This document shows positions 1-10,600 of a DNA stretch of 64,000 bases, one piece after another (position 1 is the first letter of the stretch; each line of letters begins with the position of its first letter). The notes under the pieces were generated by a model that was given only the letters and a program-made list of their open reading frames with translations, ran no database searches and was not told where the DNA came from. Source of the stretch: a virus. The stretch lies in the IMG/VR virus record IMGVR_UViG_3300014158_000003, positions 1-64,000 of that record, one strand, 5' to 3'. Both the position numbers and the translations under genes were made by a program.

Positions 1-16
1 AGGAGAGGGCTAGACC

Positions 17-457
17 ATGACGGATAGCTGGAAGTGCCCGCACTGCGGGGCGTGGATCGGGGCGATGCAGGTGCACGAGGACTGCGCTCGCGAACAGGAC
101 GAAAAGAGGCGGCGCGAGGAGGCGGAGCGGAGAGACCGCGCGACCAATGCGTCGCCTCGGACGAAGCCGACGACAGAACTCCTCGGACTGGCGCTCGCGC
201 TCTTGTCCGCCTGCAAGGAGGACTGCCCAACGCCGGGCCCGCACGAGATCGCCCACGACGACCGCGGGTGCGTGACGATGCAGGTGGGGTGCGACAGCAT
301 CTACTACACGCGCTGCGACGGCAGGCCGTCCACATCCGACACCGAGTGCCACTTGGTGCAGGAGGGCAAGTTCCAGCGTCGAGTGTGCTTGTCCACGTCC
401 ACCGTCGACCCCGACGACCCGGGACCGGGCTGCTGCCCGCGCGAGAGGGCGCAGTGA
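17..457 (+). CDS. Cys-rich hypothetical protein (N-terminal CxxC, internal lipobox-like LLSAC)
   Basis: ORF with AGGAG-type RBS upstream; stop overlaps next start (GTGA). Confidence 0.55.
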   Translation: MTDSWKCPHCGAWIGAMQVHEDCAREQDEKRRREEAERRDRATNASPRTKPTTELLGLALALLSACKEDCPTPGPHEIAHDDRGCVTMQVGCDSIYYTRCDGRPSTSDTECHLVQEGKFQRRVCLSTSTVDPDDPGPGCCPRERAQ

Positions 458-765
458 CCGCCGAGTTCTCCGTCACGCTCCGCATGTCCGCCGTCGTCCG
501 GTCGCTCGTCGACCACGCGGCCGACGCGTGCGACCGGACCGCCACAGAGCTGGTGATGCGGGCGCTGCGCGAGAAGCTCGCGCCGCGGTGCCCCGCGTGC
601 GGTCGCGGAAATGAAGCCATCCTCGGAGAGTCCCACGATCGCAGCGTCGTCGCCGACGTCGTCGAGGCGCACGCGGAGTTCCTGGCGCACGCGCTCGTCC
701 GGCTCGTCGGCGTCGAGCGGGGGACGAAAATCATCGAGAAGACCCGCTTGACGGGCGGTACATAA
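454..765 (+). CDS. Ribbon-helix-helix-like protein with CxxC
   Basis: GTG start at 454; FSVTLRMSAVVRSLVDHAADACDRTATELVMRALRE is RHH-like, followed by CPAC. Confidence 0.55.
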   Translation: MTAEFSVTLRMSAVVRSLVDHAADACDRTATELVMRALREKLAPRCPACGRGNEAILGESHDRSVVADVVEAHAEFLAHALVRLVGVERGTKIIEKTRLTGGT

Positions 766-776
766 ATATGTACACT
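748..776 (+). promoter_or_regulatory. sigma70-type promoter with palindromic operator for the TA operon
   Basis: TTGACG(748-753)-17 bp-TACACT(771-776); perfect inverted repeat GTACATA-aa-TATGTAC at 758-773. Confidence 0.75.
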
Positions 777-784
777 CTCTCCCT

Positions 785-1141
785 TTGACTACCACACGCT
801 TTCCCGTCCGGTTCTTCCGCTCCGAGTCTGGAGCGGAGCCGGTACGGATCTGGCTTCAGGGTCTCTCAACCAACGCGAAGCGCACGATCGGGGCTGACCT
901 GTTCACGATCCAGACGATGTGGCCCGTAGGCGGTCCACTCGTGGCCAACCTCGGAGACGGACTCTGGGAACTACGCAGCACACAAGACCGCGTGGAATAC
1001 CGCGTAATCTTCGCGGTCGCCGCCGGCACGATCTGGGTCCTGCACGGGTTCGTGAAGAAGACGCAGAAGACTCCACACGAAGTAATACGACTGGCGACCG
1101 CTAGACTCTCTGCCGTCCGGGCGTTCTTGTTACAGAAGTAA
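785..1141 (+). CDS. higB: RelE/HigB-family (Gp49-like) toxin
   Basis: PVRIWL...LGDGLWELRS...YRVIF...VLHGFVKKTQKTP signature; toxin-first order. Confidence 0.85.
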   Translation: MTTTRFPVRFFRSESGAEPVRIWLQGLSTNAKRTIGADLFTIQTMWPVGGPLVANLGDGLWELRSTQDRVEYRVIFAVAAGTIWVLHGFVKKTQKTPHEVIRLATARLSAVRAFLLQK

Positions 1142-1152
1142 GGAAAAACACC

Positions 1153-1497
1153 ATGTCATCCTCACCCGTCGGTAGTTCTCTCCAAGACGTGTTCACCTCG
1201 TTCGGACTCTGGGACGAAGTCGTTCTCCTCGGACAGAAGAGGGTCATCGCGGAACGACTTCGCCAAGAGATGGCCCGAAAGAACGTCACCAAGACGGAAC
1301 TCGCTAAACGGATGGGCACCAGTCGCTCACACGTCGAGGCACTGCTCGACCCAACGAATACCGGCCTGACGCTTCAGAGCCTGTCGCGGGCATCACACGC
1401 GCTCCACCTCGAGCCGGCTGTCACGTTCCGTCAGGCTCACGAGCGTCCCCATCAAGATGTGACGCCTCGCCGCAGTCCACGTCGGGCGCGACCGTGA
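1153..1497 (+). CDS. higA: XRE-family HTH antitoxin
   Basis: VTKTELAKRMGTSRSHVEALLDP..LTLQSLSRA HTH, directly downstream of the toxin. Confidence 0.85.
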   Translation: MSSSPVGSSLQDVFTSFGLWDEVVLLGQKRVIAERLRQEMARKNVTKTELAKRMGTSRSHVEALLDPTNTGLTLQSLSRASHALHLEPAVTFRQAHERPHQDVTPRRSPRRARP

Positions 1498-2045
1498 AGA
1501 AGACGAAGAAGCCGCTCGCGCCCGCCGCCGTCGCCGAACTGTTCGAGCGGTTCTCGCTCGCCGGCTACCCGGCCGCCAAGTTCACCGACACGCTCTACCG
1601 CGCGATGTCCAACGCGTTCGGGTTCATCGCCCACTACGACCGCGCCGGCTTCTACAGCGCGCGGTTCTCGACGCCGACCGCCCGGGTCGAGACGCTGACC
1701 GTCATGTCGCAGAAAGACGAGTGGTTCTCGGACGGCCCCGTCGAGACCGCGCTCCGGGCCGTCGTCGAGCAGCACGACCTGCTGGCCGCCGCCGTCCGCG
1801 AGCGCGACGCGCTCGTCGAGCGGGGCGAGCGCGCGGAACTCGCGCGGCTGATCGGCAAGTATGGACTCCCCGATACCGCACACGTCCGCTGCGTGGGTGG
1901 TCGCTACGTCGTCAACGCTGTAACACCGTACGGCGGCGGCGCAACGATCGAAGTCGGTGCGCCACTATCTGCGAGCGCTGACAGCGAGGGTGAGGTAGCC
2001 GACCACAACGCGAGCGCTGTGCTCGAGGATGACCAGATCACATGA
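1494..2045 (+). CDS. Hypothetical protein
   Basis: Overlapping start/stop with neighbours; coding-like composition. Confidence 0.6.
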   Translation: MKKTKKPLAPAAVAELFERFSLAGYPAAKFTDTLYRAMSNAFGFIAHYDRAGFYSARFSTPTARVETLTVMSQKDEWFSDGPVETALRAVVEQHDLLAAAVRERDALVERGERAELARLIGKYGLPDTAHVRCVGGRYVVNAVTPYGGGATIEVGAPLSASADSEGEVADHNASAVLEDDQIT

Positions 2046-2476
2046 CTTATGACCCCAACGCCGATCCCGTCATGCGCGCGGGCCTGCAGGCGATGGGCGC
2101 GTGCATCTTGCAAGAGGTGGGGCCCGGCGTCGCCTTCGCCGTCTTCATCGACTGGCGCGACGGCCGGCCCCCGTCGTACCTCAGCAACGCCCAGCGCCGC
2201 TCGGTCACCGCCGCCCTCACCGAGTGGCTGGCGCGCACCGCGCCGGCGCCGGGCGCCGAGCCAGCGCGGCGCGCCGGCGCGCCGACGCCCCTGCAGGCCA
2301 GGGCCGCCGCCCTCGTCCAGTCGATGGACGAGGAGGACGTCGGCGCCGCCATCTTCCTGTTCGGCGGCGAGCCGGGCGCGGACGGGACGGCCGGCGAGAC
2401 GGCGTGGGCGGCGTCGGTCCCGGACGTGCGGGCGCGCGTCGAGCGGTGGGTGGCGGTCGAGCGGAGGCGGTCGTGA
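2042..2476 (+). CDS. Hypothetical protein (two similar halves)
   Basis: ATGA coupling; VAFAVFI and VGAAIFL half-repeats. Confidence 0.6.
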   Translation: MTYDPNADPVMRAGLQAMGACILQEVGPGVAFAVFIDWRDGRPPSYLSNAQRRSVTAALTEWLARTAPAPGAEPARRAGAPTPLQARAAALVQSMDEEDVGAAIFLFGGEPGADGTAGETAWAASVPDVRARVERWVAVERRRS

Positions 2477-2595
2477 CGGTCAATCGGGGTTTGGGTACTA
2501 TCGTGGCAGGTTCAACGCGCGTCTTACCCAGACCGATCAAATCGTGCGACGTGATCAAGAACCGGCGCGCCATCCTGCGCGCGAAGGAGGACGAG

Positions 2596-2730
2596 ATGAC
2601 TAGATTATCCCTGCTGATTCTCGCATTCGCCACCGCCTCCTGCGTCACCCCGCACGCCTGCTGGAGCGCATGCTATCCGGCGACGGTGCGGGTGCAGACG
2701 CCCGATCGGTGCGAGTGTTATCCGCGCTGA
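2596..2730 (+). CDS. Small Cys-rich lipoprotein
   Basis: AGGAGG RBS; MTRLSLLILAFATASC lipobox. Confidence 0.5.
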   Translation: MTRLSLLILAFATASCVTPHACWSACYPATVRVQTPDRCECYPR

Positions 2731-2826
2731 TCGCGCGCTCGCCCATTGGAATATGATTCTCCGGTACTTGCCAGTCGACAAAACGAATATATTGCCAATA
2801 TCGGAGTGTCGTGTAGATTGGCCACC

Positions 2827-3288
2827 ATGATGAATGCCAATAACCGAATGGACGTGATTCGACTGGTGCGGCCGGCGCGCGGTCGGAGGCAGGCCCCGCG
2901 GCACCTGGACGTCGTCGGCCAGGTCCGGGAGGCGTTCGCGCGCGGGCCGCTCGCGACCGCGTTCGGCGCGCTGCTCGGCGCCGGTGTGCCGGCGGGAGTC
3001 TACCGGATGGCGCACTCCGAGCTGCGCGCAGAGTGGTGGGCGGATCCCAAGGCGATCATCGTCCTCGGCGGCCTGCTCTTCTCGGCGGTCAAGGTGTGGA
3101 CCTGGGGGCGCGCGGCGTTCCGGTCGCCGTACTTGGCGACCGGGTTCGTCCTGCTCACGGAGGGGATCAGCGTCTTTAGCAGTCAGCCGTGCCTGTCGCT
3201 CGGCGCGCTCGCGTACCTCGTCGCGATCAATTCAATTTCGACGGCCTGCACGATCGCGCTCGCCGACAGGGGGTTGCGGGCGCACTGA
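2827..3288 (+). CDS. Multi-pass membrane protein
   Basis: About 4 hydrophobic segments; promoter-like TTGCCA-16-TAGATT ends 7 nt before the ATG. Confidence 0.6.
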   Translation: MMNANNRMDVIRLVRPARGRRQAPRHLDVVGQVREAFARGPLATAFGALLGAGVPAGVYRMAHSELRAEWWADPKAIIVLGGLLFSAVKVWTWGRAAFRSPYLATGFVLLTEGISVFSSQPCLSLGALAYLVAINSISTACTIALADRGLRAH

Positions 3289-3334
3289 TTCCGTGCAATT
3301 TAGACGAACTCATCTGGGAAGGGTGATCGAGTCG

Positions 3335-3523
3335 ATGGCGAACTGCGGCAGGTTCCGGTGTGCGGGGTGCGCGGGGTGCAAGCCGGACGACCCGCTGCCT
3401 GGCGAGAGCGACCCGCAGCGGCGTCGGCGCGAGGACGCCGCGCAGCGCGCGGCCGGCAAGCCGACGACGCGCGCCAAGCTGGGCGACGTGGCCAAGGTGC
3501 GCCCGAGGCGGGGCGACCGATGA
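3335..3523 (+). CDS. Small Cys-containing hypothetical protein
   Basis: MANCGRFRCAGCAGCK; stop overlaps next ATG. Confidence 0.4.
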   Translation: MANCGRFRCAGCAGCKPDDPLPGESDPQRRRREDAAQRAAGKPTTRAKLGDVAKVRPRRGDR

Positions 3524-4125
3524 CGGTCGCGTTCGACGCGAGTCCCCACGGGCAGGCGGGTCAGGACCGGTTCGCCGTCGCCGTGACCGGACTGCGGCGG
3601 CCGGGGACGTTCCTCGACGTCGGCTCCGGCGACCCGATCGTCTACAGCAACAGCTACTACCTGGACGCCCTCGGCTGGCGGGGCCTGATGGTCGACCGGG
3701 TCGACTGCAGGGACGTCGCGCTCTACCGCAACACGCCGCTACTTCGGGCGGACGCGATGGCGGTGGACTGGTGCGAGGTCCTCGCGGCGCACGGGCTCGG
3801 CCCGCGCGTCGACTACCTGTCGTTCGACCTCGACGACGACGGCGCCCGCGCGCTCGCGCGCCTGCCGTGGGGGCGAGTGCGTTTCTCCTCGATGACCGTC
3901 GAGCACGACGCCTACCGCGTCGGCGGGGGGCCCCGGGCCGCGATGCGGGAGCTACTGCTCGACTGCGGCTACCGCCTGCTCTGCCCCGACGTCTCGCTCG
4001 AGGGGTTCGGCGCGTTCGAGGACTGGTGGGTCGACCCGGGCCACGTCGACGCGGCTGTCGCGGACAGGTTCGCGACGGACGGGCCGACGGACTGGCGGGC
4101 GATCGTGGCGAAAGGCGGCGGCTGA
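3520..4125 (+). CDS. FkbM-like SAM methyltransferase
   Basis: GQAGQD, TFLDVGSGDP..SNSY, GWRGLMVD, VDYLSFDLD, FEDWWV motifs. Confidence 0.8.
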   Translation: MTVAFDASPHGQAGQDRFAVAVTGLRRPGTFLDVGSGDPIVYSNSYYLDALGWRGLMVDRVDCRDVALYRNTPLLRADAMAVDWCEVLAAHGLGPRVDYLSFDLDDDGARALARLPWGRVRFSSMTVEHDAYRVGGGPRAAMRELLLDCGYRLLCPDVSLEGFGAFEDWWVDPGHVDAAVADRFATDGPTDWRAIVAKGGG

Positions 4126-5687
4126 TGCGCATCACTCAGGCAGACATCGACCGAGTCAACCTGGAGCGGCTGCGGCCGATGATGGCCGGCGAGGAGTTCG
4201 TCTTGACCAAGGAGCCCTACCGGCTGCTCGCCCACCTGTCCACGCAGGTGTCCGGGACGGTCTTCGACCTCGGCACGTGGCGCGGCAACTCCGCGCTCGC
4301 CCTGTCCTACGGCGGCAACCCCGTCGAGTCGTTCGACGTCGCGGACCACACGCACGGGCAGCCGCACCCGCCGAACGTGCGCTACCACCTGGAGAACCTC
4401 TACACGCCCGAGGGGCGCGGACCTTGGAGGGAGCGGCTGCTCGCGAGCCCGCTCATCTTCATCGACACCGACCCGCACGAGGGGTCCTGGGAGTTCAACT
4501 TCGTCGAGTGGCTCCAGGCCGAGGGGTACCGCGGCCTCATCGTGCTCGACGACATCTGGTACTTCAAGCAGATGCGCGACAACCTCTGGTACCGGATCGA
4601 GGGGAGGCACAAGGCCGACGTCACGAAGTTCGGCCACTGGTCGGGCACCGGCCTGGTGTCGTTCGGCGATCTGCCTGAGGTCGAGGGGGAGGCGGACACG
4701 TCCAACTGGACGCTGGTCACCGGCTACTTCGACCTCACCAAGAAGGCGGACGCGAGCCCGGAGCTCTGCGCGCGACCGGCCAGCTACTTCCTCGACGCCC
4801 ACGGGTCCTCGGTGCTGTCCTGGGGGGCGAACCTCGTCGTCTACTGCGAGCCGGACAACGAGGCGAAGGTCTGGGGCATGCGGCCGAAGCACCTGCACGC
4901 GCGCACGCGCGTCATCGCGCAGTCGTTCGAGGACTTCCCGCTCACCAGACACCGCGACCGCATCATCCAGAATCGGGGCGGCAGCCCGTGGTGCCCCACT
5001 CACCCGCGGAGCACCGCCTCGTACTACCTCTTCTGCATGGCGCGCTACGCGATGCTCAAGCAGACGATCGCGAACAACCCGTTCGGTAGCACCCACTTCG
5101 CGTGGGTCAACGTCGACATCGAGCGGATGGGCTACCAGAACCTCGTCCACCTCGACGAGGCGCTCGCCGCGCAGCGCGAGAAGTTCTCGACCTGCTTCAT
5201 CGACTACGTGCCCGAGAGCACGGTGCGCGACTTGGACGCCTTCTTCGGCGGCAAGGCGTGCCTCGGACGCTGCACGATGTGCAGCGGGTTCTTCACGGGC
5301 AGCGCCGGGTACATGCGGGAGGTATGCGACCGGCTCGAGGCCAAGTTCCTCCACTGCCTCGACGCGGGTTACGGGCACTCCGACGAGCAGCTCTTCCCGA
5401 TGGTGTACTTCGACGCGCCGGAACTCTTCGACTGGTACCTGGGCGACTACGGCGAGATGGTGACCAACTACGCGCGCGTCTACGACCGGGCCGACCAGCC
5501 GATCGTCAATTTGATCCAGCACAGCCTCGACGCCGGCGACCTCGCGGTGTGCGCTCGGGCGTGCGACCTGCTCTGGCAGTCGTACGCGGCCGGCACGGTC
5601 GCGATCGGACAGCCGCACCTCGACCAGTTCCTGCGCGCCAGAGACCGCGTGTCGCCGCGCGACAACCCGAGGCGCAGGTCGCGATGA
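4125..5687 (+). CDS. Class I methyltransferase fused to WlaTC/HtrL-family glycosyltransferase
   Basis: N-terminal DLGTWRGNSALAL/IFIDTDPH/VLDDI; C-terminal TLVTGYFDL, NNPFGSTHFAWV, CSGFFTG, GHSDEQ. Confidence 0.75.
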   Translation: MRITQADIDRVNLERLRPMMAGEEFVLTKEPYRLLAHLSTQVSGTVFDLGTWRGNSALALSYGGNPVESFDVADHTHGQPHPPNVRYHLENLYTPEGRGPWRERLLASPLIFIDTDPHEGSWEFNFVEWLQAEGYRGLIVLDDIWYFKQMRDNLWYRIEGRHKADVTKFGHWSGTGLVSFGDLPEVEGEADTSNWTLVTGYFDLTKKADASPELCARPASYFLDAHGSSVLSWGANLVVYCEPDNEAKVWGMRPKHLHARTRVIAQSFEDFPLTRHRDRIIQNRGGSPWCPTHPRSTASYYLFCMARYAMLKQTIANNPFGSTHFAWVNVDIERMGYQNLVHLDEALAAQREKFSTCFIDYVPESTVRDLDAFFGGKACLGRCTMCSGFFTGSAGYMREVCDRLEAKFLHCLDAGYGHSDEQLFPMVYFDAPELFDWYLGDYGEMVTNYARVYDRADQPIVNLIQHSLDAGDLAVCARACDLLWQSYAAGTVAIGQPHLDQFLRARDRVSPRDNPRRRSR

Positions 5688-6544
5688 CGGTGCGCCTGCC
5701 GGACAAGCTGGCGGTCGTGACTGTCGTCCACTTCGACGCCGCTGTCCCGAACGCGAGCCACGGCATCCTACAGAACGGGGTCGACCGGCTCCCCTACCTC
5801 CGGGCGACTGCCGCCCACCTCGCGCAGCTCGCCGAGGAGGTCACCGTGACCGTGGTCACCAACACGGTCGACCCGGACCAGCTCGCGACGCTGCGCGGGT
5901 GCCTGCAGGACCGTGGGTTTCAGTTTCAGGTCCAGTCAGAGGTGGGGCTCGCGCACGGGTGGATGCTGCCGACTCGGGTGAGTCCGGTGCTGCGAACACT
6001 GGCGGGAGATCCGTCGACGTCGCACTTTATGTACTTCGATTACGACATCCTGATAACGCGAGAAAATATCTCGTACTGGCTCGAGGCCCGAGAGGTGTTG
6101 AGGCGCTACGGGCTGATCCCGTCGTTCTTGCGCGTGGAGCGCAGAGTCGGCGACGCTCGCTGGTACGTCACCGACACCCCGCGCCCGCTCCAGATCTCGA
6201 CGCTGCCGCGCGTGGAGCCGTCGGAGACCTCGCACTTCGTGGGGCTACCGACCCCGTTTCAGGGGGGCTACCTGCTCGATCGCGAACTGGTGACCGAGTA
6301 CCTGTCTGGACTGCCGCACGTCTGGGGACAAGGTCGCCACTGGGGCGGACCGGAGGGGGAGCTCGAGGGGCTCACCTTCGCCAACGTCCCGGACGGGTTC
6401 CACGCGCGCAACGTCGTGCCGTATCTGCCGGTCGAGCGGCGCGTCGACCCGCGCTGCCTGGTCCACCACCTCCCGAACAACTACGCGAGCGGCGCTGGAC
6501 CGTACGGGCAGGTGCTGCTCGAGGAGCTGCTGATCCATGGCTGA
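5684..6544 (+). CDS. Putative glycosyltransferase (GT-A-like)
   Basis: HFMYFDYDILIT DxD-like motif, LVHHLPNNY; cluster context. Confidence 0.55.
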   Translation: MTVRLPDKLAVVTVVHFDAAVPNASHGILQNGVDRLPYLRATAAHLAQLAEEVTVTVVTNTVDPDQLATLRGCLQDRGFQFQVQSEVGLAHGWMLPTRVSPVLRTLAGDPSTSHFMYFDYDILITRENISYWLEAREVLRRYGLIPSFLRVERRVGDARWYVTDTPRPLQISTLPRVEPSETSHFVGLPTPFQGGYLLDRELVTEYLSGLPHVWGQGRHWGGPEGELEGLTFANVPDGFHARNVVPYLPVERRVDPRCLVHHLPNNYASGAGPYGQVLLEELLIHG

Positions 6545-6776
6545 AACACTAGGAAGTCTCGTCGACAAGTTGACGGTGTGCAACGTGCGCATCTGGCACC
6601 TCATCGACAAGCACCGCGACAAGAGCCTGCCCGACAAGGAGCGGCTCGCGGCGGCCGACGCCGCCGACCGCGTCAACCGGCAGCGCAGTCAGCTCATCGA
6701 CGAGATCGACGCCTTCTTCGCGGACGCCGTCGCCGGCAAGGTCAGGGTCCTGCGCGACCCGAAGGAAAAGATGTGA
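6537..6776 (+). CDS. DUF4254-like helical protein
   Basis: ETLGSLVDKL...IWH...NRQRSQLIDEID. Confidence 0.7.
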   Translation: MAETLGSLVDKLTVCNVRIWHLIDKHRDKSLPDKERLAAADAADRVNRQRSQLIDEIDAFFADAVAGKVRVLRDPKEKM

Positions 6777-7660
6777 CCTCCCAACTCGAGCGACGAGCGC
6801 GGCAGCGGTGGGTCACGCGGCGGAAATTGACTTCCTATCCGATCCCACCGGGTGGACAAGGCGGGGGCGATCCGGTGTGCCAAGAAGCAGAGCGACCGTC
6901 CGGATCGTCCTCCACGCCGATCACGTACGTCGGCAGCGGGTCGCTGGGCGACTTCATCCACCAGCTCAGCGTGGTTAACGAGAAGTTCCTGACTACCGGC
7001 CGCCGGGGGCGCGTCTACCTCTCGGAGAGCGGCTTTCATTTCCGGTTCGGACTCGACCGCGCGTACGAGGACCTGCGGGAGATCGTGTCGGGACAGCCCT
7101 ACGTCGAGAGTTTCCACAAGCACGGCGGCGAGCCGGTCGACGTCAACTTGAGCGCGTGGAGGGGGTCGCCACTCATCTGCAGGGCGGACTGGCGCGCGAT
7201 CTACGAGGGCACCTACGGCGTGCCGTGGGGCTCGCGCAAGTGGCTGACGATGCCCGAGAGCGAGTACGCGGGCGCGATCCTGATCGGACTGTCCACGCGT
7301 CGGCAGCCGCAGGTGGACTGGGGGGTCCTGAAAGGACTGCCCGGACCCGCCACGTTCGTGACGGACGACGAGGGCGAACTCGCGAACTGGAAGGCGACGA
7401 CCGGGTCCGACCTGCCGACTCACCTCTTCCCGAGTCTCTACGAACTCTACCGGGCGATCCACGGCTGCCGGCTCTTCGTCGGCAACCTGTCCTCCCCCCT
7501 CGCGGTCGCGATGGCGGCGCACCGGCCGTCGATCGGCCTGCGCTGCCGCGAGGTCGACGACGTGCACGTCGTGGGCTTGGACAAGGTCTGGCCGCACTTC
7601 CGGTTCGCGGACGGCGACCTGGCGTCCGACCTGGCGGCGCTGTGGGGGGCGACCTCGTGA
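6773..7660 (+). CDS. GT9-like glycosyltransferase
   Basis: GSLGDFIHQL and AIHGCRLFVGNLSSPLAVA motifs; start position uncertain. Confidence 0.65.
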   Translation: MTSQLERRARQRWVTRRKLTSYPIPPGGQGGGDPVCQEAERPSGSSSTPITYVGSGSLGDFIHQLSVVNEKFLTTGRRGRVYLSESGFHFRFGLDRAYEDLREIVSGQPYVESFHKHGGEPVDVNLSAWRGSPLICRADWRAIYEGTYGVPWGSRKWLTMPESEYAGAILIGLSTRRQPQVDWGVLKGLPGPATFVTDDEGELANWKATTGSDLPTHLFPSLYELYRAIHGCRLFVGNLSSPLAVAMAAHRPSIGLRCREVDDVHVVGLDKVWPHFRFADGDLASDLAALWGATS

Positions 7661-10600
7661 TCGTCCTCGGCGTGCCGACTCTCACCCGCTACGACCTGCT
7701 CGACAGGCTATTCGAGTCCGCGGAGGGCGGCGCGCTCAAGCCCGACCGCTACCTCGTCGTCGACAACGGCGGAGAGTTCACCCCAACGCCGAGCGTGCTG
7801 CGGGCCCTGGCGCGCGGCGCGCGGGTGTCGGTGCTCGCCGCGGGCGAGAACCTCGGCGTCGCGGCGAGCTGGAACGCCATCCTGAGAGAGGCCGGTGGAC
7901 CGGTGGTCATCTCGAACGACGACGTCACGCTCGGCCCCGAGACGATCGCGCGCCTGTGCGGCGCAGACGGGGTCGGCCGGCACGCGTTCGTCATCGCCGA
8001 GGGGCCGCCGCACGCCAACGGCTGGTGCCTGTTCGCGCAGACTCCGGACTGCACCGGCCGGGTCGGCTACTACGACGACGGCTTCTACCCCGCGTACTAC
8101 GAGGACACCGACTACCACCGCCGGATGACGCTCGCGGGCGTCGAGGCGTTTCGCCTGCCGACCGACCACGCGCACGAGGGGTGGGCGACCATCAAGCGGG
8201 AGGGTCACGACGGACCGACGTACCGGGGACAGCAGAAGTGCCTCGAGTACTACGTGCGCAAGTGGGGCGGCGCGCCCGGCGCGGAGCGGTTCGAGCGACC
8301 GTTCGACGGCCGGGGCCCGGCCCTGCCGGCGGCGATCCCGCGCGCGGGCGCGTGGGTGGACGTCCACAGTGGATCGACCGGCCGGCCCGCGGGGTCGGCG
8401 GCGCGGCCGACCACGCGCTACGACGTCATCAACCGGGTCCTCGAGAAAATTGGGTCCGACCGCTACCTCGAGATCGGCGTCGGCAGCGGCGAGACGATGC
8501 GGCGGGTCCGCGCGTCCTTCAAGGTCGGCGTCGACCCGTCGCCGCACCCGGACGGGACCCGGGCGACCACCGAGTCCTTCGCGCTCGCGAGCGACGCGTT
8601 CTTCGCGCGCGGCGACGCGGTCGGCAGGTTCGGCGCGGCGTTCGTCGACGGGCTGCACCACGCCGACCAGGTGTACCGCGACATCGAGAACGCCTGCCGC
8701 GTGTCCGACGTCGTCGTCGTGCACAACGCGAGCCCGCCGACCGAGGCGATGCAGGTCGTCCCCTACCGCGGCGGGAACTGGACCGGGGACGTGTGGAAGG
8801 CGGTCGCGCGCGTGCGCGCCGAGGGGCAGCACGCGGTCCGGACGATCGACGCCGACTACGGCGTCGCCGTCGTCGTGCCCGACCGCGGCGAAGAGGTACC
8901 GGAGCTACCGCGCGAGGCGTGGGCAGACCTCGCGGCGCACCGCGCGGAGCTGCTCGGGCTCGTGGCACCGGACGCGTGGGAGGAGTGGTTCGACATGGCC
9001 AACAGGCGCGAGCGACTGGCAGCGCGGGCGACCCAGCGCAAGCTCGGGATCGAGCCCGGCAAGATCTGCCTCTGCATGATCGTCAAGAACGAGTCGGCCG
9101 TCATCGAGCGGTGCTTGGAGGCTGCGCTGCCGTTTATCGACTGCTGGGCCATCGCCGACACCGGGTCGACCGACGACACCCCGGCGAAGATCGAGCGGTT
9201 CTTCGCGGCGCGGGGCGTGCCCGGCAAGATCGGCAGGACGACGTTCAAGAACTTCTCCCAGGCGAGAAACGAGGCGCTCGCCCTCGCCAGGACGGTGCCC
9301 GGCTGGCACTACGCGCTGCTCATCGACGCGGACATGATCCTCTCCGGCACGCTCGACCGGGCGGCGCTCGCGGCCCCGGCGTACCTGCTCGTGCAGCGCA
9401 CGAGTGGCCTCGACTACTGGAACACGCGCCTGGTGCGCCGCGACGTGCCGGCCAAGTACGTGGGAGTGACCCACGAGTTTCTGTCGGTCGACAGTCCCGC
9501 GAACCTCGCGAGCCTCGCCATCGACGACCGGTGCGACGGCGGCGCGCGCGCGGACAAGTCCGACCGCGACATCCGCCTGCTCAGCGAGGACCTCGCCGAG
9601 AACCCCAAGAACTACCGGTCGATGTTCTACCTCGCGCAGACCTACCGCGAGGCGGGGCGGTTCCATGAGGCCATCCAGTGGTACCGCCGGCACGTGGAGC
9701 TCGCGACCTGGGACGAGGAGATCTGGGAGGCCCTCTACGGCATCGCGCAGTGCTACCGGGGCCTGGGCGACGAGCCCCAGATGACCAAGGCGTGCCTGGA
9801 GGCGTACAACGCCCGGCCGGGGCGGGGCGAGCCGCTCAAGCTGCTCGCGCAGCACCTGCGCGAGCGGGGCCAGAACGAGTCGGCTTGCCTCATCGCCGAG
9901 GCGATCCCGGACAGCACCGCGGACATCCTCTTCGTCGAGCGCGGCGTCTACGCGTGGGGGCGCGACGAGGAGCTCGCCATCGCCGGGTACTACAGCAAAT
10001 TTCCGGGCAGGCGAGAGGCTGCCGGGCAGGCGTGCGCGCGGCTGACGACGTGCGCGGACGCCGGCGTGCGCGAGCAGGCCCGCAAGAACTTCGTCCACTA
10101 CGTCAAGGGCGCGGGGGAGCTGTTCGGGGCCGAGGTGCGGCCGATCGACTGGGAACCGGGCGACGGCTACAGGCCGATGAACCCGAGCGTGTGTGTCGGG
10201 CCCGGGGGCCGGCGGCTCGTCCTGGTGCGGACCGTGAACTACACCGTGACCCAGGAGGGCCAGTACCCGACGCTCGACGGCAGCGGCATCATCCGGACGC
10301 GCAACCACGTGCTCGAGATGAGCGACAAATGGAGCCCGATCAAGTCGACTGAGATCCGCAACGACCCTGGACTGCCGGCGCGCAAGCTCGGGTTCGTCGA
10401 GGGCTACGAGGACTGCCGGCTGTGGTGGGGCGGCGACGGGTACCGCGCGTCGTGCACGGTGCGCGACGCGCCGGACGGCGACGGCCGCTGCGAGCTGGCG
10501 GTCGTGACCCTCGACGCGGCGTGGTCCGTCACGGCGGTCGACGAGGTCCGCGACTACGAGCACGACCGGCCCCAGAAGAACTGGATGCCGATCGTCGGCC

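Noticed and set aside
7156-7656. Upstream extensions given by the ORF track (e.g. 7156, 3360, 5102, 17808, 40736, 48689)
   Set aside because: They overlap preceding genes; shorter starts with coupled stop/start or promoter support were used
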